64,000 nucleotides of DNA, taken from positions 41,818 to 105,817 of the forward strand of contig JBAZLK010000002.1 in the NCBI GenBank assembly GCA_041650335.1. Direction: 5' to 3'. Origin of the DNA: Patescibacteria group bacterium. GTDB taxonomy: Bacteria > Patescibacteriota > Patescibacteriia > JAHIZJ01. Below the pieces are notes generated by a model. That model was given only the letters and a program-made list of their open reading frames with translations, made no database searches and was not told where the DNA came from. The position numbers were made by a program, and so were the translations under genes. Positions 51,293 through 60,461 of the stretch are shown here, piece after piece. Positions within the stretch are counted from its first letter, which is position 1. Each line of letters begins with the position of its first letter.

Positions 51293-54243
51293 TAGCTGGT
51301 TTTCTTAATCCCAATCCTGGCGGACCATTGGTCGTGTTGAAAATCACAACTGGCAGACCAATCTTTGTCATTTAACGGTCCGAATTCTATCTCTTCGGCA
51401 ATGGTATCACGCTTTATTTGATTTATCAGTCCGGCCAGCTGGTTTACTATCTCTTGACTGTCAATTCCGATCGTCACCGTATCTCCCCGGGTCAAGCCCA
51501 GTGATTTACGCAAAGCGTTAACTTGTCTGACTATTTCCCGGGCTAAACCCTGACGCTGAAGTTTTAGGGTCAGCTGAGTATTTAAGGCTAAGGCCGTTTC
51601 TCCGTCTCCCGTTTTTATCCAGCCTGGTTCTTCCGGCAAGCTTGTTCGACAACTCACCTCAAGGACATTAACCTCGTCTTTTAGAACCTCACACAGTTCC
51701 GGAGAAAGTTGGGATTTAACGACCAACTCGGCCAGCGGCTGGCGCACCTTGATTCCTTGTTCAGACCTTACCCGATGCGCGATCTCGGCCAGGTGGCGAA
51801 TTAAGCTCATGTTCTTCAGTAAACTTTCGTCCGATTGACCAGCTGTTTTGGGCCATGGCTCAAGATGCACACTCTCCTTTTCTCCATGGATCTCGCGATA
51901 AACTGCTTCGGCGTAGAACGGGATAAACGGAGCTAGTAAAATTGACAGTTGCCGGAGGATGTAGCCAAGCATAGCCGCAGAATTTTTTCGGTCACCTGTC
52001 TTAAACCGGTCGCGGCTCCTACGAATATACCAAATGGAAAGATCGTTTATAAACCCTGACAAAGCGCGTGTGGATTCAATTATGTGATAATGATCTAGTT
52101 CGGCCGTTACCGTACTGTTCAATTCGTCAAACCTAGCCAATAGCCACCGATCTATAATGTGTTGTGATCCTGGTGGTTTGATCGGCGGCCCACCGCCCAT
52201 CCGATACATAGTGAAAAAGCTGACAACATTCCAAAGAATAATGAAATTTTTCTTGACGACCTCGCGGATACCCTCGGGGTCGAAGCGTTTGTAGTCGCCG
52301 GGCTGATTGACCGTATACAAATACCAACGGATCGGATCAATGCCGAATTCGTTGATGGCTGCCCAGGGATCGACAACGTTCCCGATGTGCTTACTCATTT
52401 TCACACCCTTGGCATCAAGCACGTGGCCGAGACAAATGACGTTTTTATACGGCGGCTGGTCATAGCCGAGCGCGGTGAAGACCGCCAGGAGCGTGTAAAA
52501 CCACCCGCGCGTCTGGTCGATGGCTTCGGCAATATATTCGCCCGGGAAACTCAGGCCTTTTTCAATCCGCTCTTTGTTCTCAAACGGATAGTGCCATTGC
52601 GCGAACGGCATGGAGCCGGAATCAAACCAGGTGTCGGCCACTTCCGGTATCCGCCTCATCCGGCCGTCACAGTCACACCGCCAATTCAAGGCGTCAACAA
52701 ACGGCCGATGCGGATCAAATGAGTCTGAAACGACATTTTTATCACCGGTCTTATCGGCTAATTCTTGATAGCTGCCAAGGCACTCCCGTTTGCCGCAACG
52801 GTCGCATTCCCAGATCGGGATCGGCGTACCCCAATAGCGTTCGCGCGAAATCGCCCAGTCTTTGATCTCGTTCAGCCACTCGCCAAACCGGCCGTATTTG
52901 ATATATTCCGGCACCCAGGCGATTTGCTCGTTGTTTTTTAACAGCTGTTCGCGCAATTTTGACATGGCAATGAACCAGGAATCCTTAGCATAGTACAAAA
53001 GCGGACTGTGACAGCGCCAGCAAAAAGGATAATCATGCTCATACGGCTCTTCTTTGTATAATAAATTTCGTTCCCTTAGCGAATCGACAATGGCCCGGCT
53101 CGTTTTTTCATCTTTCACATATTGGCCGGCAAATTCTTTCACGTCTTTCGTAAAATGCCCGTCCGTCGTCACCGTGTGATGCTTCGGTAACCCAACTTTT
53201 GAGCCGAGCTGGTAATCGTCTTCACCGTACATGACCGCGGTGTGAACGACGCCTGTGCCCTCGTCCGTGGTGACAAAATCGGCGGCGTACACCTTAAATG
53301 CGTTTTCGTATCCTTTTGTGTCCTTCGGAATCGCACCAGGGAAAAGTGGTTCGTACTCGACGCCGACCAAATCGGCTCCGATAACATCTGCCTGGAAACC
53401 CAAAGAAGCTCCGTCTTTTTCTTGTTTAAGCACTGCCTCACCACCAACTAGTCTGTCTGGACGACTGTGCACAATAATAAAACGATCACCATTTTCATTC
53501 GGATTTGTTATTCCATACCTCTCATTAGCATTTACTGCCAACGCAACATTCCCGGGTAGCGTCCATGGCGTTGTTGTCCAGGAAAGGATATAATCCCCTT
53601 CCTTAATTTTTCCTTTTGCCTTTTTAATTTTAAATTTCACATAGACCGAGTTCTCTGTGACTTTCTGATACCCTTGCGCCACCTCATGCGATGACAAAGC
53701 AGTCTCGCAGCGCGGACAATGCGGCACAACCTTGTAATCCTTTATGAGCAGCTTTCTCTCCCAGAGCTGTTTGAAAATCCACCAAAGCGATTCAATATAG
53801 GGCTTTTCGTAGGTAATATACGGATGCTCCAGATCAAGCCAATAGCCGATGCGTTCAGTCATCTTTTCCCATTCGGCCTTGTATTTCCAGACGCTTTTTC
53901 TACATTCATTGTTAAATTTTTCGATGCCGTAGTCCTCAATATCGCGTTTGCCCGAGACGCCGATCTGCTTTTCAACCTCGAGCTCGACCGGCAAGCCCTG
54001 GGTGTCCCAGCCGGCTTTCCGCTCGACGAAAAACCCGCGCATGGTTTTATAGCGGCAGACCACGTCCTTGAAAATCCGGGCCAGGACGTGGCCGATATGC
54101 GGCAAACCGTTGGCCGTCGGCGGACCTTCAAAAAAAACAAAACGCTTCCCTTTGGCCGTCTGGGTAAGGGTTTTTTGGAAAACATTGTTTTTCTTCCAGT
54201 CGGCGAGAATCGCTTGTTCCAGCTCTGGAAACTTTGGGATCAT
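51292..54243 (-). CDS. ileS: isoleucine--tRNA ligase
   Basis: 983 aa; HIGH region PPTANGLPHIGHVL and KMSKS-type GVKMSKHIGNVVDP; editing domain. Confidence 0.93.
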   Translation of the reverse strand: MIPKFPELEQAILADWKKNNVFQKTLTQTAKGKRFVFFEGPPTANGLPHIGHVLARIFKDVVCRYKTMRGFFVERKAGWDTQGLPVELEVEKQIGVSGKRDIEDYGIEKFNNECRKSVWKYKAEWEKMTERIGYWLDLEHPYITYEKPYIESLWWIFKQLWERKLLIKDYKVVPHCPRCETALSSHEVAQGYQKVTENSVYVKFKIKKAKGKIKEGDYILSWTTTPWTLPGNVALAVNANERYGITNPNENGDRFIIVHSRPDRLVGGEAVLKQEKDGASLGFQADVIGADLVGVEYEPLFPGAIPKDTKGYENAFKVYAADFVTTDEGTGVVHTAVMYGEDDYQLGSKVGLPKHHTVTTDGHFTKDVKEFAGQYVKDEKTSRAIVDSLRERNLLYKEEPYEHDYPFCWRCHSPLLYYAKDSWFIAMSKLREQLLKNNEQIAWVPEYIKYGRFGEWLNEIKDWAISRERYWGTPIPIWECDRCGKRECLGSYQELADKTGDKNVVSDSFDPHRPFVDALNWRCDCDGRMRRIPEVADTWFDSGSMPFAQWHYPFENKERIEKGLSFPGEYIAEAIDQTRGWFYTLLAVFTALGYDQPPYKNVICLGHVLDAKGVKMSKHIGNVVDPWAAINEFGIDPIRWYLYTVNQPGDYKRFDPEGIREVVKKNFIILWNVVSFFTMYRMGGGPPIKPPGSQHIIDRWLLARFDELNSTVTAELDHYHIIESTRALSGFINDLSIWYIRRSRDRFKTGDRKNSAAMLGYILRQLSILLAPFIPFYAEAVYREIHGEKESVHLEPWPKTAGQSDESLLKNMSLIRHLAEIAHRVRSEQGIKVRQPLAELVVKSQLSPELCEVLKDEVNVLEVSCRTSLPEEPGWIKTGDGETALALNTQLTLKLQRQGLAREIVRQVNALRKSLGLTRGDTVTIGIDSQEIVNQLAGLINQIKRDTIAEEIEFGPLNDKDWSASCDFQHDQWSARIGIKKTS

Positions 54244-54331
54244 GGTATCACTGTTGCCCTCAGAATAAAAAAACTGCGCCCCCCTATTATAGGAAAAAAC
54301 GCGCGCGCTGGCAAGCGGTTGGTTTTCCGGA

Positions 54332-54712
54332 CTAGGCCAGCGCCTTTTCTATTTCTTCGATTATTTTTGCCAGAGAAACCTGCGTCTTGATGAAATAATC
54401 CAAGGCGCCCAAGCGCAACGCCTCTTTTTTTATCTTCTCATCGTCAACATTGCTCAGCATGATTACTTTTATCGCCCTGGTGCTTGGTTTCGCGCGCAAG
54501 GCTCTGAGCACGTCGACGCCGCTCAGTCCGGGTAAGATGCAATCGAGTAAAACTATGTCCGGCTTGACCTTCTGAATCCGTTGAAGTCCAAGCACGCCGT
54601 CAATCTCTATTTGAACCTTGTAGCCGCTCTTCTCGAGCTTTTCATGCATTGTCTTGGCTAATGTCCGCTCGTCTTCAAGCACAATAACCGAGCGACGGGT
54701 TCGAGAGGCCAT
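54332..54712 (-). CDS. stand-alone response-regulator receiver (CheY-like) protein
   Basis: 126 aa. Receiver fold with the conserved acidic pocket, phospho-acceptor Asp and Lys (VLEDE...LLDCILPG...KPS). Confidence 0.85.
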   Translation of the reverse strand: MASRTRRSVIVLEDERTLAKTMHEKLEKSGYKVQIEIDGVLGLQRIQKVKPDIVLLDCILPGLSGVDVLRALRAKPSTRAIKVIMLSNVDDEKIKKEALRLGALDYFIKTQVSLAKIIEEIEKALA

Positions 54713-54715
54713 ATC

Positions 54716-55102
54716 TTACGAAGTAAGTGATAAGATTTCGACAATTTTTTGGACCACCTCGTCGAGTTTAACATCGGTTTTCACGAAATAGGCGATGGCA
54801 CCGAGTGACTTTGCTTTTTCAAAGTTTGTCGCGCCGGCCAGATTTGAAAATACGATTACGGGGATGTGGCTGGTTTCTTGATTCGCTTTTATCTTCTCGA
54901 GGAATTCAAACCCGTGCATGCGCGGCAAAATAAGATCGAGCAAAACGAGATCGGGCCTCTCGGCTTCGGCGACAGCTAAACCCTCGCTCCCGTCAAACGC
55001 CTTCAGGATCTCAACGTCGTCTCTCTTCAAATGATCGGCGACCGCTTGTAGCACGTCCGGTTCATCTTCGACCAGGAGTATTTTTCGTTTAATATCGGCC
55101 AT
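54716..55102 (-). CDS. stand-alone response-regulator receiver (CheY-like) protein
   Basis: 128 aa; LLVEDEPD...LVLLDLILP...KT receiver signature. Confidence 0.85.
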   Translation of the reverse strand: MADIKRKILLVEDEPDVLQAVADHLKRDDVEILKAFDGSEGLAVAEAERPDLVLLDLILPRMHGFEFLEKIKANQETSHIPVIVFSNLAGATNFEKAKSLGAIAYFVKTDVKLDEVVQKIVEILSLTS

Positions 55103-55200
55103 GTTTTCGTTTAAATCGTACCGTGTTTATTTTACCACTTCGGTCAGCGCAGAGCAACAGCATACCCATTGAACCATTGTGGCTTGTTTATCGCGAATCG

Positions 55201-55437
55201 TTAATCGAGATAGATGCGAAATTTTTTTACCCGGCTTGTTTCGCCTGAAACGAGCGCGATCGCCGATTTCGGTACATCAAAACGTTCGGCCAGCAATTCA
55301 ACCACCGCTTCGTTCGCTTTCCCCTTTTCCGGCGCGGCGGTGACATGGGCCACAAACCGATCGTCTTTTTCGACAAGAGAATTGCGTTTTGCTTTCGGCG
55401 TTACTTTTACAGTTTTGACCACTGGTCTTGACATCAT
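55201..55437 (-). CDS. DUF167/YggU-family protein
   Basis: 78 aa; YggU-like sequence (KVTPKAKRNSL...VTAAPEKGKAN). Confidence 0.7.
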   Translation of the reverse strand: MMSRPVVKTVKVTPKAKRNSLVEKDDRFVAHVTAAPEKGKANEAVVELLAERFDVPKSAIALVSGETSRVKKFRIYLD

Positions 55438-55456
55438 TCGGTTTTTATGCTAAATT
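55428..55456 (+). promoter_or_regulatory. candidate promoter for island B
   Basis: TTGACA-17 nt-TAAATT. The -35 overlaps the DUF167 start codon on the other strand. Confidence 0.35.
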
Positions 55457-55512
55457 TCTCAGTCAGTCTCTCTGGATCTCGCACCACTCAACCCCCACGG
55501 AGGAGTTCGAAC

Positions 55513-55989
55513 ATGTTCATTGACGAGACGATCGCCGCCAACCTGATCCGCCACACCCGTGAGCTGCTCAAGCTGATAGCCACCTTGCCGGAGAACGAGA
55601 AGCGGGAGCGGCAGGGAGTCTATCTTTGCGTCCGCGATCAGGCAACTGGTCTCATCCTCCTGCTGGTTCCGGTCGGCAAGTTCGACGACATGAGCTTCGC
55701 CCGGCGCTGCTGCCTGTATGCGCAGGAGAAGACTGCTCGGTTGCTCAGCCACCCCGAGCATCAGGCCTCATCGCAGTCGGCCAACCCCGATCTGGAACTC
55801 TATGGCGGCGGCGTCGTCTGTCCGATCGCCAACGTCATCATTGCGCCGTCGGGTCTGACTGCCGTCTGCGACGAAGCGCTCGGGGCCAATCTCGGGCTCA
55901 AGATGGGCTGGATGTTCCCTGATCAGATCAGCCACCTGTCCACCCTGACCCAGAACACCGCGATCACCTCGCTTTGCCGCGCCGCCTAG
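55513..55989 (+). CDS. GlcG/DUF336-like protein (island gene)
   Basis: SD GGAGGAG 7 nt before the ATG. High G+C. VYLCVRDQATGLILLLVPVGKFDD...KTA and YGGGVVCPI resemble DUF336 core motifs (vDxgGxLvalxRmdgA...KA.tA; GGGvPI). Confidence 0.55.
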   Translation: MFIDETIAANLIRHTRELLKLIATLPENEKRERQGVYLCVRDQATGLILLLVPVGKFDDMSFARRCCLYAQEKTARLLSHPEHQASSQSANPDLELYGGGVVCPIANVIIAPSGLTAVCDEALGANLGLKMGWMFPDQISHLSTLTQNTAITSLCRAA

Positions 55990-56041
55990 TACTGATCGAA
56001 CTACTGCCGTAGCCTTCTACGACGAATAAGGAAGTTCACTG

Positions 56042-56227
56042 ATGGACAAACCGACTGGCACCTATCAGTGCGTCGTCTGCGACCATCTTTGGGACGGCTC
56101 TCAGCTGTATCAAGATCCGCAATCGCTTGGCGGAAAACGTTGGACCTGCGGCGATATCCGCTGCGGAGGGAATGTCAAGAAGATCAGTGACCAACCTCTG
56201 CTCTCGGCTCCGCCCACGACGACGTAA
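56042..56227 (+). CDS. 61-aa four-Cys zinc-ribbon protein (hypothetical)
   Basis: SD AAGGAAG 7 nt before the ATG. CVVC...(19 aa)...CGDIRC. Pro/Thr-rich tail. Confidence 0.5.
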   Translation: MDKPTGTYQCVVCDHLWDGSQLYQDPQSLGGKRWTCGDIRCGGNVKKISDQPLLSAPPTTT

Positions 56228-56279
56228 ACGTCCGATTCAATGACTCGGACCATTGCACAACCGCTGCCAATCCGGCAGC

Positions 56280-56330
56280 ATGCGTCCGTTGCGAATCTTT
56301 CGTGACGGGCGCTTTTCTATTTGTTTTTGT
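56280..56330 (+). terminator. rho-independent terminator
   Basis: GCGTCCG/CGGGCGC 7-bp stem (one G-U pair) then TTTTCTATTTGTTTTTGTTT. The T-run overlaps the convergent kinase-like gene stop. Confidence 0.45.
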
Positions 56331-57345
56331 TTAATTGTTCGCCGCAATAATCAAATATTCCACTGAACAATTTTACTAAATGCGTAATGTGCTTTTGGCG
56401 GTTACTGGCATAGTACTGGTTTCGAAGATCGACGAGCAAGGCGGCGACACAGCGCTCGGCCATCATCAGGTAAAACTTCCTTTCAAATCCGGCGTCTTTT
56501 CTTACAATCGGAAGTTTTTTATATTCCGCAATCCATTTTTCCAGATAGCTAATGACGTAATTTACCGTAATGTGTTGTTTTCTAATGCTTTTTATGCCCG
56601 CCCAGAGATGAAAGGCGGCGTCATAATACTCCGGACGGTAGGACCAGAATAAATTCGACATGAGCACGTATTCATTTGCCGACAGTTTATAGATATCGTC
56701 ATAGGTAAAATGGCCGTGCATGAACTTCATCCTCACCCCCGGCAAATGGCGGCGAGCGAGCGCTTGGAATTTCCTCACCATCGCTTTCGTCGTCTTGTTC
56801 ACCCGACCTTTTGATTGTGCCACGGCCAGCCAGTGTTTGAGGCGTTTCATGACAAACCGCAGGCTTTGCCGCTCATCAGGCTCTTGGGCGAATAATGGCG
56901 TATTGAGACACCTACTTTTGTACTCCTGGTAGAGAGCGCGAAAATCTCGCATCTGCCTTGTATCGGCAAATGGCGGCCGATAGATCTTCGGCGCGTCGAT
57001 ATATTCCAGCAATAAATAGCCGTACCCATTTATTTTGTTCCATTTTTTTCCGCCATACAACCGCGGTAACCTTACTTTCGTGCTTTTGTTCTGACGATTA
57101 AATCTTTTGATGATGTCGATTTCGTCGATTTCCGGACAAAGACCCTGGATTTTTAAAACCGCCGGCTTGTTTCGCCATTGGCCCCGGTAGATCAGGCTCC
57201 CAACCTTATTTTTGTCGTAAATTTGCCCCCGGAAGATTTCCTGGCCAGGCCGGAAACCGGTTGCCGCCACAATTTCTTTCAGCGTCTTTGCCGCATCAGA
57301 AAAACCAGTATGGGTAAAATACTTTTCGGTGATTCTATTGCTCAT
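56317..57345 (-). CDS. protein-kinase-like-fold phosphotransferase (APH/choline-kinase-like), putative
   Basis: 342 aa. Lys-rich N-lobe. MHGHFTYDD resembles the HGD catalytic loop. Overall weak family match. Confidence 0.4.
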   Translation of the reverse strand: MSNRITEKYFTHTGFSDAAKTLKEIVAATGFRPGQEIFRGQIYDKNKVGSLIYRGQWRNKPAVLKIQGLCPEIDEIDIIKRFNRQNKSTKVRLPRLYGGKKWNKINGYGYLLLEYIDAPKIYRPPFADTRQMRDFRALYQEYKSRCLNTPLFAQEPDERQSLRFVMKRLKHWLAVAQSKGRVNKTTKAMVRKFQALARRHLPGVRMKFMHGHFTYDDIYKLSANEYVLMSNLFWSYRPEYYDAAFHLWAGIKSIRKQHITVNYVISYLEKWIAEYKKLPIVRKDAGFERKFYLMMAERCVAALLVDLRNQYYASNRQKHITHLVKLFSGIFDYCGEQLNKNK

Positions 57346-57351
57346 AAGATG

Positions 57352-58395
57352 CTAGGTAAGCTCGCGATGGAGAATCAGTTCTGCCTTCCGTTTGCTAATC
57401 TCACCGGTGTAATTCTTGTGCATTAATCTCCTGATGCTCCGATAGGGATACCTCTGTTTAATCAGCCACATTAATTTCGTTGTCATGGTTTCCATGCTCA
57501 TGTCAAAGGCTTGGATAACGCCTGATTTAAGCGCTTTCAATCCGACATCGTTTAAACCCATTACCGTGGCTCCGCCTGGGCACTGCGTTGTTACGACAAC
57601 GGGTAGACGCCTTTTTTTTGCATACTGCAGGCTGGGCAGCAACGAGTATGGTATGTCGCCTGATCCATATGCCCTCAGAACGATTCCTTTTACTCCCCCA
57701 TGGATCAGCCGATTAATAAATTCTGGGCGAAATCCGGGAACAAGAGTGTAACAAACGATATTGTCATCAAAACCATTCTTTACCACCAACGGCTGAGAGT
57801 GCGCCCGGTGGGTATCTTTATTTAAGGTTATACCCACGCCGATCTCGCCAAAATCTGAGTCATTAAAGGTATGGAAAGCATCAAGGTCTGATTCGCTCAC
57901 CTTTTTTGCCCGGCTTCCCAATATTATTTTGCTGCCAAAAACCACGAAAACACCGCCTAATTCCATGGTGGCCACGCGGACTGCGTTCACGAGATTATTC
58001 CGGCTGTCAGTACTGATAATCTCAGCGGGAATTTGTGAACCGGTGAAAATTACGGGCTTGCCAATATTCGCCAGGGCAAAGGACACGGCGCTTGAAGCAT
58101 AGGCCATCGTGTTGGTACCCATGGTTACAACAAAACCGTCGTATTTCTTATAGTTCAGCGCTATTTTTTTGACAATTTTCTCCCAATGACGATGGTCGAA
58201 ATTCGTGCTGTCGATATTTGCTATGTGGGTCGTCGAAATGTTTGCCAATTCGGTGATCCTCGGCTCGATCTGAAATAGTTGCTTAACACCGAAGGCGACT
58301 TGAAGCGCTCCAGTTCTTTCGTCTTTGTGCATTGAAATTGAACCGCCGCAAAACAGTATTAGAATCTTCTTGATGCGCTTTGTTGGTTTCTTCAT
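57352..58395 (-). CDS. L-asparaginase family protein (type I, or GatD-like)
   Basis: N-terminal ILILFCGGSISM, TMGTNTMAY and later GIVLRAYGSGD asparaginase motifs. Confidence 0.8.
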   Translation of the reverse strand: MKKPTKRIKKILILFCGGSISMHKDERTGALQVAFGVKQLFQIEPRITELANISTTHIANIDSTNFDHRHWEKIVKKIALNYKKYDGFVVTMGTNTMAYASSAVSFALANIGKPVIFTGSQIPAEIISTDSRNNLVNAVRVATMELGGVFVVFGSKIILGSRAKKVSESDLDAFHTFNDSDFGEIGVGITLNKDTHRAHSQPLVVKNGFDDNIVCYTLVPGFRPEFINRLIHGGVKGIVLRAYGSGDIPYSLLPSLQYAKKRRLPVVVTTQCPGGATVMGLNDVGLKALKSGVIQAFDMSMETMTTKLMWLIKQRYPYRSIRRLMHKNYTGEISKRKAELILHRELT

Positions 58396-58399
58396 ATGG

Positions 58400-59257
58400 C
58401 TAAATAATTAGCGATAAGGCAAGAATTAATATTGAAGCAATTATCTTTCTCACTGTTATTTTTTCCTTCAGCCAGGCCGCACTGAGGAAAAAAACAAATA
58501 TTGGCGTCAGATTCGCCAAGGTTATGGTCACGCCCGCACTGCCGACCGTCAGTGCGTAATAGAGCAGCAGCCATTGAGCAATGACAAAGAGTCCTCGGAA
58601 AAAAATGACGCGATACTGGGTATTAGTTATTCGGCGCAAAGGAAAATTTAGGAACACGAGTGAGAACAGGGCAATCAACCCGGCCCGATACATATACAGG
58701 GTCGGGGCATTGATTACGTGTAAATTGGTCAGCAGATACTTTGTCGGTATCGCCGATATACCAAATAACACTGAAGAAATGATGGCCGGAATCAGCGTGG
58801 CTTTTTTGAAACGTCCGAATTCCGAGGAACCAGCGGAAAAAATTACCACCAGAAACATGATCAAGAATGCCAGGGCGACGGTTTTTAGATTCACCGTGTC
58901 GTCCAGCAATAACCAGCCAAAGAAAAATGTAAACGCCGGCGCCAAAGCGAGCATTGGACTGGCCACGCTGGCTTCGGTTTCCTCGAACGTTTTAAAATAA
59001 TAAAAATTTGCCAGAGTATCAATAATACCGATGCCGATCAAAACCAGTATGGCAACGGTCGTCGCCTTAAAATAATAAAAAAAGGGTGAGAATAAAACCA
59101 GCGTCGCACCCATCGTCAAAAAGTTTATCCCGAGTATCTCCTTTGAGCGCAATTCTTTCAGCAAAGTCCGAGCGAGAATATTTGCGATTGCACCAAAAAC
59201 CGCGGATCCAATGGCTATGAGGGTGAAATTCATTGAGCTGACAACAGGAAGAGTCAT
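58400..59257 (-). CDS. EamA/DMT-family transporter
   Basis: 285 aa; ten TM helices in two EamA repeats. Confidence 0.75.
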   Translation of the reverse strand: MTLPVVSSMNFTLIAIGSAVFGAIANILARTLLKELRSKEILGINFLTMGATLVLFSPFFYYFKATTVAILVLIGIGIIDTLANFYYFKTFEETEASVASPMLALAPAFTFFFGWLLLDDTVNLKTVALAFLIMFLVVIFSAGSSEFGRFKKATLIPAIISSVLFGISAIPTKYLLTNLHVINAPTLYMYRAGLIALFSLVFLNFPLRRITNTQYRVIFFRGLFVIAQWLLLYYALTVGSAGVTITLANLTPIFVFFLSAAWLKEKITVRKIIASILILALSLII

Positions 59258-60450
59258 CGTTTTTTGGTCTTGGCGCTGGACTTCTTCTTCGCCGGCAACT
59301 TCTTCTTTCCCTTCTGTATTTGCGAATATTCTTCTCTATAAACCTTCAGTGTTTCCTCGGCGCATTTCCGCCAGCTGAACTTTTTCGCCTGTTCGACGCC
59401 CGCCTGGCTATACCGCTGCCGGAGTTGGGTTGAGTTGAGGATTCTTCGCATCGCCTCAGCCAGCGCCGTTTCGCTGTTGGGATTAATCAGAAGCGCGGCC
59501 TCGCCCGTGACTTCCGGGATTGAGGCGACGCTTGAGCTGATCACTGGTACGCCGAGACTCAACGCCTCAAGCACCGGCAGGCCAAAACCTTCATAAAGCG
59601 TCGGAAACACGAACACGCTGGCGTTTCGGATTAAGCCGATTTTATCCTCATGGGGTACGTAGTTCAGGTAGGCAACACGGTTGCCGAGCTTGAGTTTGTT
59701 GATGGCGGTGAACACCTCGTCGCTCTTCCAGCCGCGATGGCCGGCCAGAACCAGGGTGTATTTCGAAAACCTTTTTTCTTTTGCCAGTTGCGCAAAGGCG
59801 GCGACCAGTTTCGGGATATTCTTGCGCGCTTCCAACGTACCCACATACAGCAGATAATCGCCGGAGAGGCTGTATTTTTCCTGAAGTTTCGCCTTCAGTA
59901 CATAGTTTTTTTCCTGGACGACGCCTTCGTGGATGACCTTGATTTTTTCCGCCGGGATAGTGAATACTTTGACAATATCTTTCTTCGTCGCCTCCGAAAC
60001 GGCGATGATACGACGCGCCCGGCTTAACGACCGCGGCACGAGGATCGAAACGCTGAACTTCTGACCGCGCGGGAACCACTCGGGATGTTTGTAAATCGCC
60101 AGATCATGGACCGTTACGATCGCCGGCCGGCTGTAGGTGTATGGAATCACGTTTGCTGGCGAATGATAGAGATCGAGTTTCTCACGGTTCAGATAGGCTG
60201 TGATCAAGAGATGGGAATAGCTGAACGGCAGAAAGCGCTTGTATTGCGAAAACGGAAACGTTCGGATCGTCACATTCGGCTGTTTAAATTCCTTGGTGTT
60301 CTGATAGCGATAATCAAAAAATAAAACATACTCGTTCTTCTGGTCGAGAGCGAGCAGCGATTTTACGAGAAAATATGAATAATGCCCGACGCCGGCGCGT
60401 TCGCCGTGTTTGGGATTGAGGATGGTTCGACAATCGATACCGATGCGCAT
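59254..60450 (-). CDS. glycosyltransferase family 4 (GT-B)
   Basis: Start taken at MRIGIDCRT; the track extends to 60582, overlapping argS. C-terminal [20 protein letters not shown] motif. Confidence 0.82.
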   Translation of the reverse strand: MRIGIDCRTILNPKHGERAGVGHYSYFLVKSLLALDQKNEYVLFFDYRYQNTKEFKQPNVTIRTFPFSQYKRFLPFSYSHLLITAYLNREKLDLYHSPANVIPYTYSRPAIVTVHDLAIYKHPEWFPRGQKFSVSILVPRSLSRARRIIAVSEATKKDIVKVFTIPAEKIKVIHEGVVQEKNYVLKAKLQEKYSLSGDYLLYVGTLEARKNIPKLVAAFAQLAKEKRFSKYTLVLAGHRGWKSDEVFTAINKLKLGNRVAYLNYVPHEDKIGLIRNASVFVFPTLYEGFGLPVLEALSLGVPVISSSVASIPEVTGEAALLINPNSETALAEAMRRILNSTQLRQRYSQAGVEQAKKFSWRKCAEETLKVYREEYSQIQKGKKKLPAKKKSSAKTKKR

Positions 60451-60461
60451 AGGCGTGGTTA

